DNA of 64,000 nucleotides. It comes from a virus. Its lineage: Duplodnaviria; Caudoviricetes. The DNA lies in IMG/VR virus record IMGVR_UViG_3300031998_000005. One strand, given 5' to 3'. Every line of letters begins with the position of its first letter. Positions within the stretch are counted from its first letter, which is position 1. This document shows, one piece after another, positions 8,944 to 18,500 of this stretch. The translations under genes were made by a program, and so were the position numbers. Under the pieces are notes generated by a model. The model had not been told where the DNA came from. It saw only the letters and a list, made by a program, of their open reading frames with translations, and did no database searches.

Positions 8944-9240
8944 CTACTTGGACTTTCCTTTCTTGGTGGGCTTTACCGTCGTTTCAGTAATCGTTTGAAG
9001 CCGTGCGGGGGAAGGCGGGCGGGCGATAGCCCTGCGGGTCATCTTGACGTTTTCCTGCGGGGTCTTCTTCACATCGGCTTCCCACTGCTCTGCCGTGGCT
9101 CTCGGCAAAATGATGGCTTCCTGTCCACCAGGACAGATGATTACAAGACGGCTATCGGTGCTGTCATCCATAAGGTGTGCTCGGTAGCCACAGCCCATCC
9201 ACATAGTCGTGGGGGTAATAGTTTCTTTCTTCTTTGCCAT
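8944..9240 (-). CDS. hypothetical phage protein
   Basis: 98 aa ORF, GAGGA SD. Confidence 0.6.
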   Translation of the reverse strand: MAKKKETITPTTMWMGCGYRAHLMDDSTDSRLVIICPGGQEAIILPRATAEQWEADVKKTPQENVKMTRRAIARPPSPARLQTITETTVKPTKKGKSK

Positions 9241-9269
9241 AAGGTTATCCTCTCTGTTTATGGTTTAAT

Positions 9270-9449
9270 TTAGAAAAGCGTAGCGGATATGTCGGGCGGT
9301 TCATACTCTACCGGTCCTTCCTTACGTTGTATTTCCACGCAGTCGGCACACAGGTGCAAGTAGTCGGTGTATTGGAGTTTATCCCCGAACGTGCATTTAT
9401 AGAACAGGCAGGGCTTGTTCTCCCCGCAGATGTCGCAGGAAAAGTCCAT
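9270..9449 (-). CDS. small zinc-ribbon protein (59 aa, MDFSCDICGE...LCADC)
   Basis: Read manually; two CxxC pairs; fills the gap between genes. Confidence 0.5.
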   Translation of the reverse strand: MDFSCDICGENKPCLFYKCTFGDKLQYTDYLHLCADCVEIQRKEGPVEYEPPDISATLF

Positions 9450-9452
9450 AGG

Positions 9453-9749
9453 TCATTTCCCCACGGAGTCGGTGCGGATAAACCGCTGTTGTGAATACTC
9501 AAACCACTGCTTCCCGTCATACATAAAGCACCCTTTGAAAAGCCCGTAGTCGCACTCGTAGCCAAGTTGTTTAGCCTTTTGGCTACACGAATACAAACTT
9601 GAATAGTAATAAGGCACTAGGGCTACGGAAACAGGTCCCAAGACAGCCAAAGCCATTAGGCTGATAAAAAACAGGTTTTCAATCGTATGGATGTAGGCGA
9701 TTATCGTAAGAACTGCAGCCAAGATTGTCAAGACGATTAGTATTACCAT
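9453..9749 (-). CDS. putative membrane protein
   Basis: Two TM helices followed by a Cys-containing domain. Confidence 0.6.
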   Translation of the reverse strand: MVILIVLTILAAVLTIIAYIHTIENLFFISLMALAVLGPVSVALVPYYYSSLYSCSQKAKQLGYECDYGLFKGCFMYDGKQWFEYSQQRFIRTDSVGK

Positions 9750-10498
9750 TAGTCCTCCAAGTTGCTGTTGTAATGTGTAACATCGTGATACACGGGCTTG
9801 TTGCCCTTGTTGCCCCGAACAAGGTATTTCTCGTGGTCGTAGGTAAACTGCTTTGCGTCATCTATACGGCAGAACGCCACCTCGTTATATTTCCCGACCA
9901 AATCGTAGTTGTTGAAATCACGAGCCGTAGAAGTTGCCTGTTGGAACAAGGTAAGGTTCACCGATTTCCAAAACAGGAATCGCCTGTATTGAACGATGTA
10001 GCGGGTTTCTCCAAGTTCCTTATCAAAGTATTCCTTAATTCTCCATTGCATTTTTGGTTTCTCCGTAGATTTTATAGATACGTTTAGAGGGCTTTCATCA
10101 CAGGTAGATGACTTTCTACAATCCTGCTCAAACATTTCAAACGTCGGGATTTTCCAATTACAGAAGCCATCTGTGAACTTGCTAACCACAAGTTCGTGTT
10201 CACTATAGGGGATTTGGTCATCGGATTTACCAGGATAACTTCTATCGTTAATCCGAACAGGCACTAAAGAGAACATCGGAGCAGACGTATATCCGATAGC
10301 CTGCTGACAAATAAACCCGTGCCCCTTGGCGAGCCATTCAAGCAGTTGCATATAGGTCATACGCTTCGGGTGGCACTTCCAACAGAAGTCCTTACCGCCT
10401 GCACTATCCGCGGGATTAAATTCGTCCGTGGTCTTATACGCTTTCCCACAGCCATCGCATATATAGGTCATAGACCCATCTGTAAGTTTCATTCTCAT
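9749..10498 (-). CDS. hypothetical protein with N-terminal zinc ribbon
   Basis: CDGC...CWKC. Confidence 0.6.
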   Translation of the reverse strand: MRMKLTDGSMTYICDGCGKAYKTTDEFNPADSAGGKDFCWKCHPKRMTYMQLLEWLAKGHGFICQQAIGYTSAPMFSLVPVRINDRSYPGKSDDQIPYSEHELVVSKFTDGFCNWKIPTFEMFEQDCRKSSTCDESPLNVSIKSTEKPKMQWRIKEYFDKELGETRYIVQYRRFLFWKSVNLTLFQQATSTARDFNNYDLVGKYNEVAFCRIDDAKQFTYDHEKYLVRGNKGNKPVYHDVTHYNSNLED

Positions 10499-10968
10499 AC
10501 TTTCTCCTTTGTCTTACGGACACGTCGTTCCAGGAAAGTAAACGATGCCATCCACCCCTTGTGGTTAGCCATATAGTATGCGGACGGACAGCCATCCTTA
10601 AAGTCGCCCTTGGTCTTGTATTTAAGGGCTTCTGCCCTGCAAGTTTCTTCTGTCCAAAAGTGCTTTTCGCCCATACCCCTTATAAGCCCGAAACTCTTGA
10701 GCCATCCCTTTTGATTGGCTATCACGTATGCGGACGGGGATTGTGTCCTAAACTCTGGGAGAGTGCGATACTTGGACGCTTCGGCTAGACAGGCTTCGTA
10801 TGTCCAAAAGTTGCGTGGCACTCGTTCACGGACGAGCCACGTGTAATCGTCATACCACCCCATCTTCGCAGCCTTCATCGCCACGGAGCGGTGTTTGTTC
10901 CAAAAGTCCTTGGTGGTCTTGCAGGACATCGCCACGGATTTGCAATAGTCTTCGGTCAGTTTAGCCAT
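10495..10968 (-). CDS. three-repeat putative DNA-binding protein
   Basis: Three copies of ~W-T-x-E-x-C-x2-E-A-x-K-Y...S-A-Y-x2-A-x3-G-W. Confidence 0.65.
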   Translation of the reverse strand: MAKLTEDYCKSVAMSCKTTKDFWNKHRSVAMKAAKMGWYDDYTWLVRERVPRNFWTYEACLAEASKYRTLPEFRTQSPSAYVIANQKGWLKSFGLIRGMGEKHFWTEETCRAEALKYKTKGDFKDGCPSAYYMANHKGWMASFTFLERRVRKTKEKV

Positions 10969-10983
10969 AAGAAATTCTCCCTG

Positions 10984-11478
10984 TTAGATACTGCAAATCG
11001 CATAAATAAAGAACAACGCCCAAAAGAGAGCAAGGTAGGGGCAGATGATGGTGGTCAGCATCATAAAGCACATAAACAGCCAAAAGGCAACCGTATCTCC
11101 GTGGGGAATGTAGATACTACTCAAAATAGCGATAACACCCAGGACAGCCATTGCCACAGGATGCGGGAACACTCCCCACACAATCCGTCCCACGAGCCTA
11201 CGGACACCACTGCTCTTGCTGACGATGGCACTCCCGATATATTTATGAATAGTCCGCTTGAACCTACGGGAGTCCTTCTCGGATGACAGGTCGCTAAATT
11301 CTTCAATGTCCTGGTGTCTAGTATTGGTATAGAACCGCATACCATCTTCGGAAATAATCCCGAAGACATAATCCCCGAACGCTACACTAAATTCGGGAAC
11401 GTCCTGTATGCCCGTAGATACTATGAGGCATCCGTAGGATTCCAAATAATCACAGGCTTCCTTATACGTCATACACAA
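10984..11478 (-). CDS. membrane protein
   Basis: C-terminal TM helices; N-terminal domain resembles the C-terminus of 11469..12122. Confidence 0.6.
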   Translation of the reverse strand: MCMTYKEACDYLESYGCLIVSTGIQDVPEFSVAFGDYVFGIISEDGMRFYTNTRHQDIEEFSDLSSEKDSRRFKRTIHKYIGSAIVSKSSGVRRLVGRIVWGVFPHPVAMAVLGVIAILSSIYIPHGDTVAFWLFMCFMMLTTIICPYLALFWALFFIYAICSI

Positions 11479-12122
11479 GCCTCCTGTCCTTTAGCGATAC
11501 TTGCAATAAAGGATTCCACGATAGTTTTGAACTTGCAGTCATCCAAGAGTGTGGGGCTAAACTTAAAGAACTCCATCGTGGGCGTAGGTTTCAGCAGATA
11601 CAGGTAAACACCTTCCATAGACATACGCCCGAACCTAGTCCCCTTGTAATACACACTGATGTATGTTCCATTCACCCCTGCGTGTTTATCCATAGCGACG
11701 GTGCAACCAAGGCTGTCAAGATACTCACACACCTTTGTAGCGGGTTCTTCACGATGGCTGTAAAGGAACATATCGTTGGCAAGCCGTTCCAGGTTGGCAC
11801 AGGTCAGCGGAGTATAAGTCATATCCTTGGTGGCTTCGTGAAGAAGAATCCCTGCGGATTCCCTTTCAAGTTGCCCGAAATCACGGCAGGCGTGTCCTTC
11901 GCAATCTTCAAGGATTTCCTGCAAGGTCAATCTGCCAAACGCTTGGTAGTCCTTGTAGGTTTGGATATTCAAGTGCCCGATGTTGTGGAAATTTCCCTGC
12001 ACGAACTTGTCCAAGATAGCCTCTTGGTTCTCTGTCATAAAATCCATTTCTTCCTGCGTTTCACAAACGAAACTGAAATGGCAGCCATCACGGGCAATAT
12101 CTTTCGGTTCAACTTTAATCAT
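11469..12122 (-). CDS. hypothetical phage protein
   Basis: 217 aa ORF in the array. Confidence 0.65.
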   Translation of the reverse strand: MIKVEPKDIARDGCHFSFVCETQEEMDFMTENQEAILDKFVQGNFHNIGHLNIQTYKDYQAFGRLTLQEILEDCEGHACRDFGQLERESAGILLHEATKDMTYTPLTCANLERLANDMFLYSHREEPATKVCEYLDSLGCTVAMDKHAGVNGTYISVYYKGTRFGRMSMEGVYLYLLKPTPTMEFFKFSPTLLDDCKFKTIVESFIASIAKGQEACV

Positions 12123-12128
12123 CGCTAT

Positions 12129-12803
12129 CTATTCTCCAAAAATGCGGTTTTCCCATTCTTCCTTGGTTTCGCCTTCCCGCTGTTCCAATTCGCTCGGATA
12201 AGATGTGTCGGGAGTTACCAATCGTCTATTGTTCTGCTCGCACCATTCCCTGTTGGTTACATCTAGCAGGGTCACTTGGATGTCAAGGGCATCGGGGTCA
12301 TCGGCACAGAAATAGATAGTGCCACTACGGTCCTTGATGTAGATGACATCTTCAAGAGTAAAGATGGTGCTTTTGAACAGGCGAGTTTTCCAAGCATCGT
12401 CAAGCAAAAGGGTCTTGTCGGTTTCCTGGACTACCTTATGAAATCCGTGCCACTCGCCTTTCCATTTCGCTCCACGGGTCGCCACCTGTTTCCAACCCAA
12501 GGTCGGATAGTCCGTGCGGGGCTTGAACACAGGTTTCTTCTTCTCATAGTAATCGTGTAGGTTGCCCTTTTCGTTCAATCTACGGACACAGGAATGGTGG
12601 CAATCCCACCGATTCCTGTAAGTGTGAACACAGCCCATAGCCTTGCACTCGTCAAAGGTGTGCTTTGGCACGAGTTCATAGGCTTCGTCTTCAAGTTCCC
12701 TAATCTGGCATTTGAGTTCCGTAATACGGGAACTGATAGCCCGCAACTTGGCATAGGTTTCTTCGGAGATAATCTCCATCGTCATCGGCTTGGGTTTATC
12801 CAT
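12129..12803 (-). CDS. hypothetical phage protein
   Basis: 224 aa ORF in the array. Confidence 0.65.
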   Translation of the reverse strand: MDKPKPMTMEIISEETYAKLRAISSRITELKCQIRELEDEAYELVPKHTFDECKAMGCVHTYRNRWDCHHSCVRRLNEKGNLHDYYEKKKPVFKPRTDYPTLGWKQVATRGAKWKGEWHGFHKVVQETDKTLLLDDAWKTRLFKSTIFTLEDVIYIKDRSGTIYFCADDPDALDIQVTLLDVTNREWCEQNNRRLVTPDTSYPSELEQREGETKEEWENRIFGE

Positions 12804-12818
12804 CGGACTATCCCCTAC

Positions 12819-13364
12819 TTACACAGCCTTGTCATAGGCTTCACGCTTCTTGTCATAGATACGATTGGACAGGTCAAGAACCTTGTCGCACCACACAGCC
12901 TGCGGGTCGTAGCGGTTGCCGTTCTTGTCGGTCGCCAACGGTCCGTTGAGCGGACAGGTGCAAACCTTGTTGTAATCCCCGTGTCCATAAATCGGGGAAC
13001 AGAAATACAGATGGGTATGCCCAAAGTGGGCAATCTTGGTGTAGGCGGTCAGCGGTTCGGTGTAGAGCCTGCGGAGCATTTTGAGAGCCTGTTCACGATA
13101 GTAGTGAATGTCATACTGACGATAAGCACCACGATTGTTCCAAGCAATAGCCATTTTGGTCCTAATGCTGTCCTTACGCAGCGATTCGTATGCCATTCTT
13201 TGACCCTTGGCACGGTCTCGTTGGCAATCTGCCATTCTGTAAATCAAGTCCTGGACTTCTTCACGGACGGGCTGTCTGCGGTAATAGAGCGTAGCCAAAT
13301 ACCAAACCTGGGTTTGGTCGTTGTGTTTAAGAGCGGAGCGGAAAGCGGTCTTTGTGAATTTCAT
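12819..13364 (-). CDS. hypothetical early protein
   Basis: First gene after the promoter at 13401-13429. Confidence 0.7.
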   Translation of the reverse strand: MKFTKTAFRSALKHNDQTQVWYLATLYYRRQPVREEVQDLIYRMADCQRDRAKGQRMAYESLRKDSIRTKMAIAWNNRGAYRQYDIHYYREQALKMLRRLYTEPLTAYTKIAHFGHTHLYFCSPIYGHGDYNKVCTCPLNGPLATDKNGNRYDPQAVWCDKVLDLSNRIYDKKREAYDKAV

Positions 13365-13400
13365 CGGATTTGTCCTCGGCTGTGATGGTTGTCTAGGATA

Positions 13401-13429
13401 AATATAACTAATTACCTAGCCGTTGTCAA
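13401..13429 (-). promoter_or_regulatory. early promoter TTGACA-N17-TATATT
   Basis: aatata 13401-13406, tgtcaa 13424-13429. Confidence 0.85.
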
Positions 13430-13465
13430 TAGGTTTTTGTAAAATAAGTCAATTTTTTTTTGAAT

Positions 13466-13495
13466 AATAAAAACCCCGACTTGCGGTCGGGGTTT
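13466..13495 (-). terminator. intrinsic terminator ending cassette 2
   Basis: Perfect AAACCCCGAC/GTCGGGGTTT stem plus U-tract. Confidence 0.8.
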
Positions 13496-13523
13496 ACAAC
13501 AGGAGTTATGATTCAAGTTCGGG

Positions 13524-13790
13524 CTAGTAAAGCACGTCAATAGTCTTGTTGATGACATCACGAGCAATATAGGCATTTGCCGTTCCACCAACGGGAACAG
13601 ATGCCACAACATTCCCCTTGTAAACTATATCTACAATTTCTCCCGATGGAGATTCACGTAGAACATAGTTGATATTACTGCCCCCACGGAAACATTGGGC
13701 AAGTTCACGCAGTTTCAAAATAGTTTCTTCTGCGTTATCATCCAAGGACTCGGAGCGGTGTTCCATTACTTTGATTTTCAACTTGGACAT
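13524..13790 (-). CDS. putative internal head (cargo) protein
   Basis: Leader MSKLKIKVMEHRSES. Confidence 0.6.
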   Translation of the reverse strand: MSKLKIKVMEHRSESLDDNAEETILKLRELAQCFRGGSNINYVLRESPSGEIVDIVYKGNVVASVPVGGTANAYIARDVINKTIDVLY

Positions 13791-13795
13791 ACAGA

Positions 13796-14038
13796 TTACC
13801 CTTTTTTGCGTTCGGCAGGCTTGTCGTTCGGTTCGCTAGTCACATACATCTTCTTGAACACGTAGTCAAGATACCAGGAAGACCAGCAATTCTCGCAGAA
13901 ATACTCCACGTAGATATGTTCGCCATCCCAATTTTCTTCGGGTTCGGGTGCTTTCGCTCCGCAGTGCGGGCAGAACTCATAACGAGCCATAGACATCCTT
14001 GCGTCTTCTTTCACTTTGATTTTAAGTTTGTTTGCCAT
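13796..14038 (-). CDS. putative cargo zinc-ribbon protein
   Basis: Start moved to MANKLKIKVKE; CPHC...CENC. Confidence 0.6.
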   Translation of the reverse strand: MANKLKIKVKEDARMSMARYEFCPHCGAKAPEPEENWDGEHIYVEYFCENCWSSWYLDYVFKKMYVTSEPNDKPAERKKG

Positions 14039-14056
14039 AGTAATGGTCCTCACGGA

Positions 14057-14836
14057 TTAGAAATTGTTGCGGGAAACGCCACCGAACATATTGACCATAG
14101 TATCGCACATACGGTCGTAGATGACATCTTTCAAGTCTTCCTTGGTCTTTTCAGTATCTTCCAAGCCCTGTTCGGAAATAATATCTTCAGCCATACTCTC
14201 GGCAAGACGCATCATATCGTCCACGATTTCACAGAAGATACCCGATTCGTCAGCGTATTCTTCATCAACCTTTTCATCTGCCCACGTGTAATAATCATCG
14301 GGGTAGTCATCCTTTTCGTTCTTCTTACGCAGGCTTTCCTTTTTCTTCTGCATAGAAGATTTCTTCATCTTGCTCTCTCCCGTTTTGGACTCGCCCTTGT
14401 AGTCCGACAGATATGAAATAAAGTTGTAGAAATCATCAGCCGTATGCTTATCGGACGTGAACTCTTTGTGCGTGGAAGAATGGGGGCGTTCGGGATTGAA
14501 CCCATACAGGTCAAGCGTAGCGGTATGACTATGCGGGTTAAGCCAAACATCAACTGCCCTTTCACCATCAACTTCTTCATAGCACAGGTGCAGGCAGTCG
14601 CCTATCATATCCACGTTGTTTGCCTTGGTCAGTTTGAAACCCTGCTGTGTCAAACCATTCCCAGGAGTGCCGTTGGCGATATGGGCACAATCCAACATAA
14701 AGTTTATCGCCTTTTCGGAATAATTAGGCTTTTGACCCGTATAACAACGCTTGACGAAATCACGATATGCCTCGCCAAAATTAGCGTAGTCCTGTGCTTC
14801 CGTAACAGAACGGCTCTTGATTGTAAGTTTAGACAT
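14057..14836 (-). CDS. putative two-module cargo protein
   Basis: Leader MSKLTIKSRSVTE; internal GESKTGESKMKKSSMQKKKESLRKKNE linker; acidic C-terminal module. Confidence 0.6.
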   Translation of the reverse strand: MSKLTIKSRSVTEAQDYANFGEAYRDFVKRCYTGQKPNYSEKAINFMLDCAHIANGTPGNGLTQQGFKLTKANNVDMIGDCLHLCYEEVDGERAVDVWLNPHSHTATLDLYGFNPERPHSSTHKEFTSDKHTADDFYNFISYLSDYKGESKTGESKMKKSSMQKKKESLRKKNEKDDYPDDYYTWADEKVDEEYADESGIFCEIVDDMMRLAESMAEDIISEQGLEDTEKTKEDLKDVIYDRMCDTMVNMFGGVSRNNF

Positions 14837-14859
14837 CTAGCAACTCCAAGGCTTACAGG

Positions 14860-15291
14860 TTATTCTTCGTCTTCATCGGATTCAACATCGTTTTCGGACA
14901 CGTTGCCTTCACGAATGCACCACTCCACGAAATCGTCCTTGCTACTAATTGCAGATTTAAGATATTCGTCCACATCGCCTTCATCCACGGAAACCATATT
15001 GGCATAGCCGTTAAGGAAGAAATAATCCCTGTTCGGGTTAAAGGCTTCCTTATTGTCGGAGTTATACGGGTTGTAATCATACCCAAAGAAAGCACGTTGA
15101 AGAATGTTGATAGCATCATCGCCACAAGCCATTTTGACGTTTTCTTCGTCAAGTTCCATCAAGGCATCATCGGGCTGTTCTTCATACAGGTATTCCCTGC
15201 CGTATTCGCTGACGAGCGATTCATACACGTCATCGTCATCCAAGACCTTGGCTTTGAGTTCTTCATCGGTCATAATCTTACTCCTGTCCAC
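14860..15291 (-). CDS. highly acidic protein (DNA-mimic candidate)
   Basis: Very D/E-rich; FNPNRDYFFLNGYAN motif; first gene of cassette 2. Confidence 0.55.
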   Translation of the reverse strand: MDRSKIMTDEELKAKVLDDDDVYESLVSEYGREYLYEEQPDDALMELDEENVKMACGDDAINILQRAFFGYDYNPYNSDNKEAFNPNRDYFFLNGYANMVSVDEGDVDEYLKSAISSKDDFVEWCIREGNVSENDVESDEDEE

Positions 15292-15320
15292 TATGGATGG
15301 TTAAAATTGTTTTCAACCTA

Positions 15321-15334
15321 AATATACATTATTT
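15321..15334 (-). promoter_or_regulatory. putative late-type promoter
   Basis: AAATAATGTATATTT; the same 14-15 nt occur at 40540-40553, upstream of tail genes. Confidence 0.5.
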
Positions 15335-15396
15335 CTACGAAAGTATATTGACAAACCACAAATTTACCCATAAACCCTGCCACCCTAGCGTATAAC

Positions 15397-15424
15397 AAAA
15401 CCCCCGTCCTAGTCGGCAGGGGGC
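15397..15424 (-). terminator. intrinsic terminator
   Basis: GC-rich CCCCC/GGGGG stem plus U-tract on the minus strand. Confidence 0.55.
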
Positions 15425-15431
15425 ATTTAGT

Positions 15432-15842
15432 TTAGTCCTTTACACCCAAAATTTGCTTGATTTCCTGTTCGGGGACATCTTCAATGTTCTGCACCCGAAC
15501 CTCAATGGAGTAATATCCGTGGTATAGTTGAGCCTTGCCTTTCTTCCACGCCTTCAAGCGGTCGGGCGACGGTTCACGCTTGTTGTAGTCCACAAGGACA
15601 TCGGTAGTCATCAAGAACCGCCCATCTTCAATGTTGGACACAGCCCAGTGGTCTATGGACAGATACTTGTCGTTCGGGGATATGAACGCAAGCAGGCGGT
15701 CAAGCGAATCATACTTGCCAGGATATACCATTTCTTGACCCCCACGACATTCCCGTTTCGGCATCCACCCATCTTTCGGGTCATCGGGATATGCTTCAAA
15801 CAGGGTCAGCGTAGCCGTGCGGACATAGAACAATCTTTTCAT
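15432..15842 (-). CDS. hypothetical phage protein
   Basis: 136 aa ORF, AGGAG SD. Confidence 0.65.
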   Translation of the reverse strand: MKRLFYVRTATLTLFEAYPDDPKDGWMPKRECRGGQEMVYPGKYDSLDRLLAFISPNDKYLSIDHWAVSNIEDGRFLMTTDVLVDYNKREPSPDRLKAWKKGKAQLYHGYYSIEVRVQNIEDVPEQEIKQILGVKD

Positions 15843-15856
15843 ACAGATACTTTCTC

Positions 15857-16093
15857 CTAATCTTCATCTTCAAGATACATACAATTTGCCCAACTATCTA
15901 TAAAAGATTCCTTGCAAGTAATGATAGGAGCAAAGCCCCCACCAAATTCCTCACGGATAGGATGACCCGACCGCAGGGAATCCCAATCACATTCTTCTTG
16001 GGCAGGACACACCGAGCAGGGGTCTTTCGCCATCAAGAGTTCATACAACTTTTCGGGCGTAAGTTCCTGTTTGAACTTTTCAAAGTTCGTCAT
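15857..16093 (-). CDS. small Cys-rich protein
   Basis: Start moved to MTNFEKF; CSVCPAQEEC...C. Confidence 0.6.
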   Translation of the reverse strand: MTNFEKFKQELTPEKLYELLMAKDPCSVCPAQEECDWDSLRSGHPIREEFGGGFAPIITCKESFIDSWANCMYLEDED

Positions 16094-16422
16094 TCCTTCA
16101 ACTCCCGATTGAGAAACCAAGCGTGGATGTGAGCCTGGATAGGTGCGTCAATCTTGCCCCCGTGTCGCTCGCCCTTTTCGTCAAAGGTATAGAGTTCGGC
16201 AATATCATCGCAGGACACTTCCACGAACGGAAACACGATGTATTGAACCCGCTCGGAAATATGCCTAGCGGAAAAGGCAGGGTCTTTCTCAACTTCGTTT
16301 TGAGCCGACACAGACAGAACCAACTTGGAACGGAAACCGATAGGAACACCACATTCCTCCGTTCCGTCCTTACGGACAATACAGACCATCGGCATATCCA
16401 AGCCTATTCGTTTCTCTTTCAT
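16090..16422 (-). CDS. hypothetical phage protein
   Basis: Start moved to MKEKRIG (ATGA overlap with the upstream stop). Confidence 0.6.
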   Translation of the reverse strand: MKEKRIGLDMPMVCIVRKDGTEECGVPIGFRSKLVLSVSAQNEVEKDPAFSARHISERVQYIVFPFVEVSCDDIAELYTFDEKGERHGGKIDAPIQAHIHAWFLNRELKE

Positions 16423-16997
16423 TTTGCCTTCTCCTGTTTGAATGTAGCGGTCACATCGCCCACCTTGAAATAGACCGAAGCGTTTGCAATCTTCTCCATA
16501 AACTCGTTGAACGGACACGATAACTCAACCGTCGTATTTTTCCAACAAGCGGAAGTCTTGGAGAGATAGTTGATGAATTTTTCAAACGGGATAGTCTTCT
16601 GCTTTCGGGCTTCGTATTCTGCGTCCAGAAACTGCTTGACATTAGCGATAGCCTTACGAACCTTGGATTCGGTAATCCCACGGGGGCTATCCGTCTCTAG
16701 CACGTAAAAGTCAAAGTCCGACAAAGCCAAATTGAGTTTGTTTCTCGGAGCAGTGATGCGGACATACGTGCTATCGTCATCGGTAAAGTCTTCGTAGGCT
16801 GCAACCTCAATCGGCTTATCCGAAAGCGGGTGCGTGATTGTGAAATAACTACCCTCGTCAAGATATTCCTTATTCTTTTCCACATCGGGAGTCAGCCCGC
16901 AGTCAAGGCAAATGCGGTTGAAATCTTCCATAGAGAGCCGATAGGGTTCATTCGTGGGAACATCATCCGACCAAGCAGACGAACCTTTAATACACAT
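16419..16997 (-). CDS. hypothetical phage protein
   Basis: 192 aa ORF in the array. Confidence 0.65.
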   Translation of the reverse strand: MCIKGSSAWSDDVPTNEPYRLSMEDFNRICLDCGLTPDVEKNKEYLDEGSYFTITHPLSDKPIEVAAYEDFTDDDSTYVRITAPRNKLNLALSDFDFYVLETDSPRGITESKVRKAIANVKQFLDAEYEARKQKTIPFEKFINYLSKTSACWKNTTVELSCPFNEFMEKIANASVYFKVGDVTATFKQEKAK

Positions 16998-17009
16998 ATA
17001 AGTTTTTCC

Positions 17010-17357
17010 TTATTGATGATAGGATAATTCGGAAATAGATTTGATAGATGCTTTCTCGGCATCGGTCAGTGGACCGTGTGTAGCGGTAAACTTGCGGAGC
17101 ATACCCGAAAGTTCCGTCTTCATCTGCTTAATGCTAGTTTCACGTTCGTTCGGGATTTCAATTTCCTGCCAATACAGCATATCTTTCACGACAAAGTTGC
17201 ACCCACACGCCACGTCGGGAAATTCCAATTTATTATCGGGGTGGACAATAACCACTAGGGTAATTCTGCGATTATCCCCCGCATCAAAAACCGCAAGCAA
17301 CTTGCGATTAGTCGGACACTGCTTTCTTTGGTCATTCCAAGAATCTTTTGTAATCAT
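17010..17357 (-). CDS. hypothetical phage protein
   Basis: 115 aa ORF, AAGGA SD. Confidence 0.6.
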   Translation of the reverse strand: MITKDSWNDQRKQCPTNRKLLAVFDAGDNRRITLVVIVHPDNKLEFPDVACGCNFVVKDMLYWQEIEIPNERETSIKQMKTELSGMLRKFTATHGPLTDAEKASIKSISELSYHQ

Positions 17358-17368
17358 CGGATAGTTCC

Positions 17369-17527
17369 TTACTTGTAAAAGAGTTCTTCAATTTCGTCAT
17401 ACACTTCCTGCTTGGAATGCTCGGCAATCCAATTAGGGGTGTTGTCTATCAAATCACGAACCAAGCAAGACCGCTCGTAAACGTGGTCATCTATTTCAAG
17501 AGTGCCATCTTTGCAATTAAGCGTCAT
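17369..17527 (-). CDS. small hypothetical protein
   Basis: Start moved to MTLNCK after a GGAGG SD. Confidence 0.55.
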   Translation of the reverse strand: MTLNCKDGTLEIDDHVYERSCLVRDLIDNTPNWIAEHSKQEVYDEIEELFYK

Positions 17528-18185
17528 CGTAATTTCCTCCAAAGTAATCGGCAAGTTCCTGCCATCGGGCAAGCCACTTGTTCCACAAGTCCATCTTATC
17601 GGCAATCATCTTATCGGCTTCTTCTACACGCCTAACAAGAGCCTTACTAGACTGCTCCCAATATGCCAACTTCTTCTTGCAATACTTCACCAAAGAAAGG
17701 CAACGCCTGTAATTGCTGTGGAGCAGGCGGTTTTCGTAAGCCATAGATTTCTTCAAGAAATAATCATACCGCTCCATATAATACTTGCGGTCGGTGTCAA
17801 AGCACAGGCGATGGGCATCCAACTCGCAGATGGCTTCATCCACTTTCTGTCGGGGATAGTATTCATCGTTAGGGTCTAATCCCCCAACGATATTGGAAGC
17901 AAACACGGGCTTCAAGTCTTCAAACTTGTAGTGCCATTCCTCATTGACAGCGGGAGCCTTGTCGTTATACTTGTCCATAAGCCCGTGGATGACATCGGAC
18001 ATCTTGCCCCAGGTGGTATAGTCATCGTTAGGAATGACTACCCAATAATCTCCGCACTCCCGCACATCGCTGTCGCCTTCAGCCATAATAGCCTCTGCGA
18101 TTTCACAGCGTTGGTCGTGGCTGTGATGGGTGACTTTGAGCAGGAACGAGTAGTTCTCTCGGTCTTCTTTGATAATGCTAATCAT
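17517..18185 (-). CDS. hypothetical phage protein
   Basis: 222 aa ORF with a helical C-terminus. Confidence 0.65.
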   Translation of the reverse strand: MISIIKEDRENYSFLLKVTHHSHDQRCEIAEAIMAEGDSDVRECGDYWVVIPNDDYTTWGKMSDVIHGLMDKYNDKAPAVNEEWHYKFEDLKPVFASNIVGGLDPNDEYYPRQKVDEAICELDAHRLCFDTDRKYYMERYDYFLKKSMAYENRLLHSNYRRCLSLVKYCKKKLAYWEQSSKALVRRVEEADKMIADKMDLWNKWLARWQELADYFGGNYDDA

Positions 18186-18208
18186 CGGGATTACTCGGTT
18201 TTCGTAGT

Positions 18209-18466
18209 TTAGTCAATTTGCAGATTTACTTGAAGGTATGCCACCTTATAGTCATCCACATACACCTTATGATTTCTATTAGGACCCTTCGGGGACTCCT
18301 GCACATACAACCCCGTAATAGGGACTACTTCCGTAGTATGGTCATATTGAGAAAATGCCCCGTCTGTTCTGCTAGTCGTATAATTGACCTGGCACTGAAT
18401 AATGTCAGTATCGGACAAGGGTTCAAGCACTTTAAGCAAGTCTGCTTTAGTCATAATGGGTTTCAT
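18209..18466 (-). CDS. hypothetical early protein
   Basis: First gene after the promoter at 18501-18529. Confidence 0.65.
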   Translation of the reverse strand: MKPIMTKADLLKVLEPLSDTDIIQCQVNYTTSRTDGAFSQYDHTTEVVPITGLYVQESPKGPNRNHKVYVDDYKVAYLQVNLQID

Positions 18467-18500
18467 TCAATTATCCTCGGTTTTAAGTGGTTCTGCATTA

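Noticed and set aside
15348-15353. Plus-strand TTGACA suggesting a divergent promoter
   Set aside because: No -10 at the right spacing and no credible plus-strand gene downstream.
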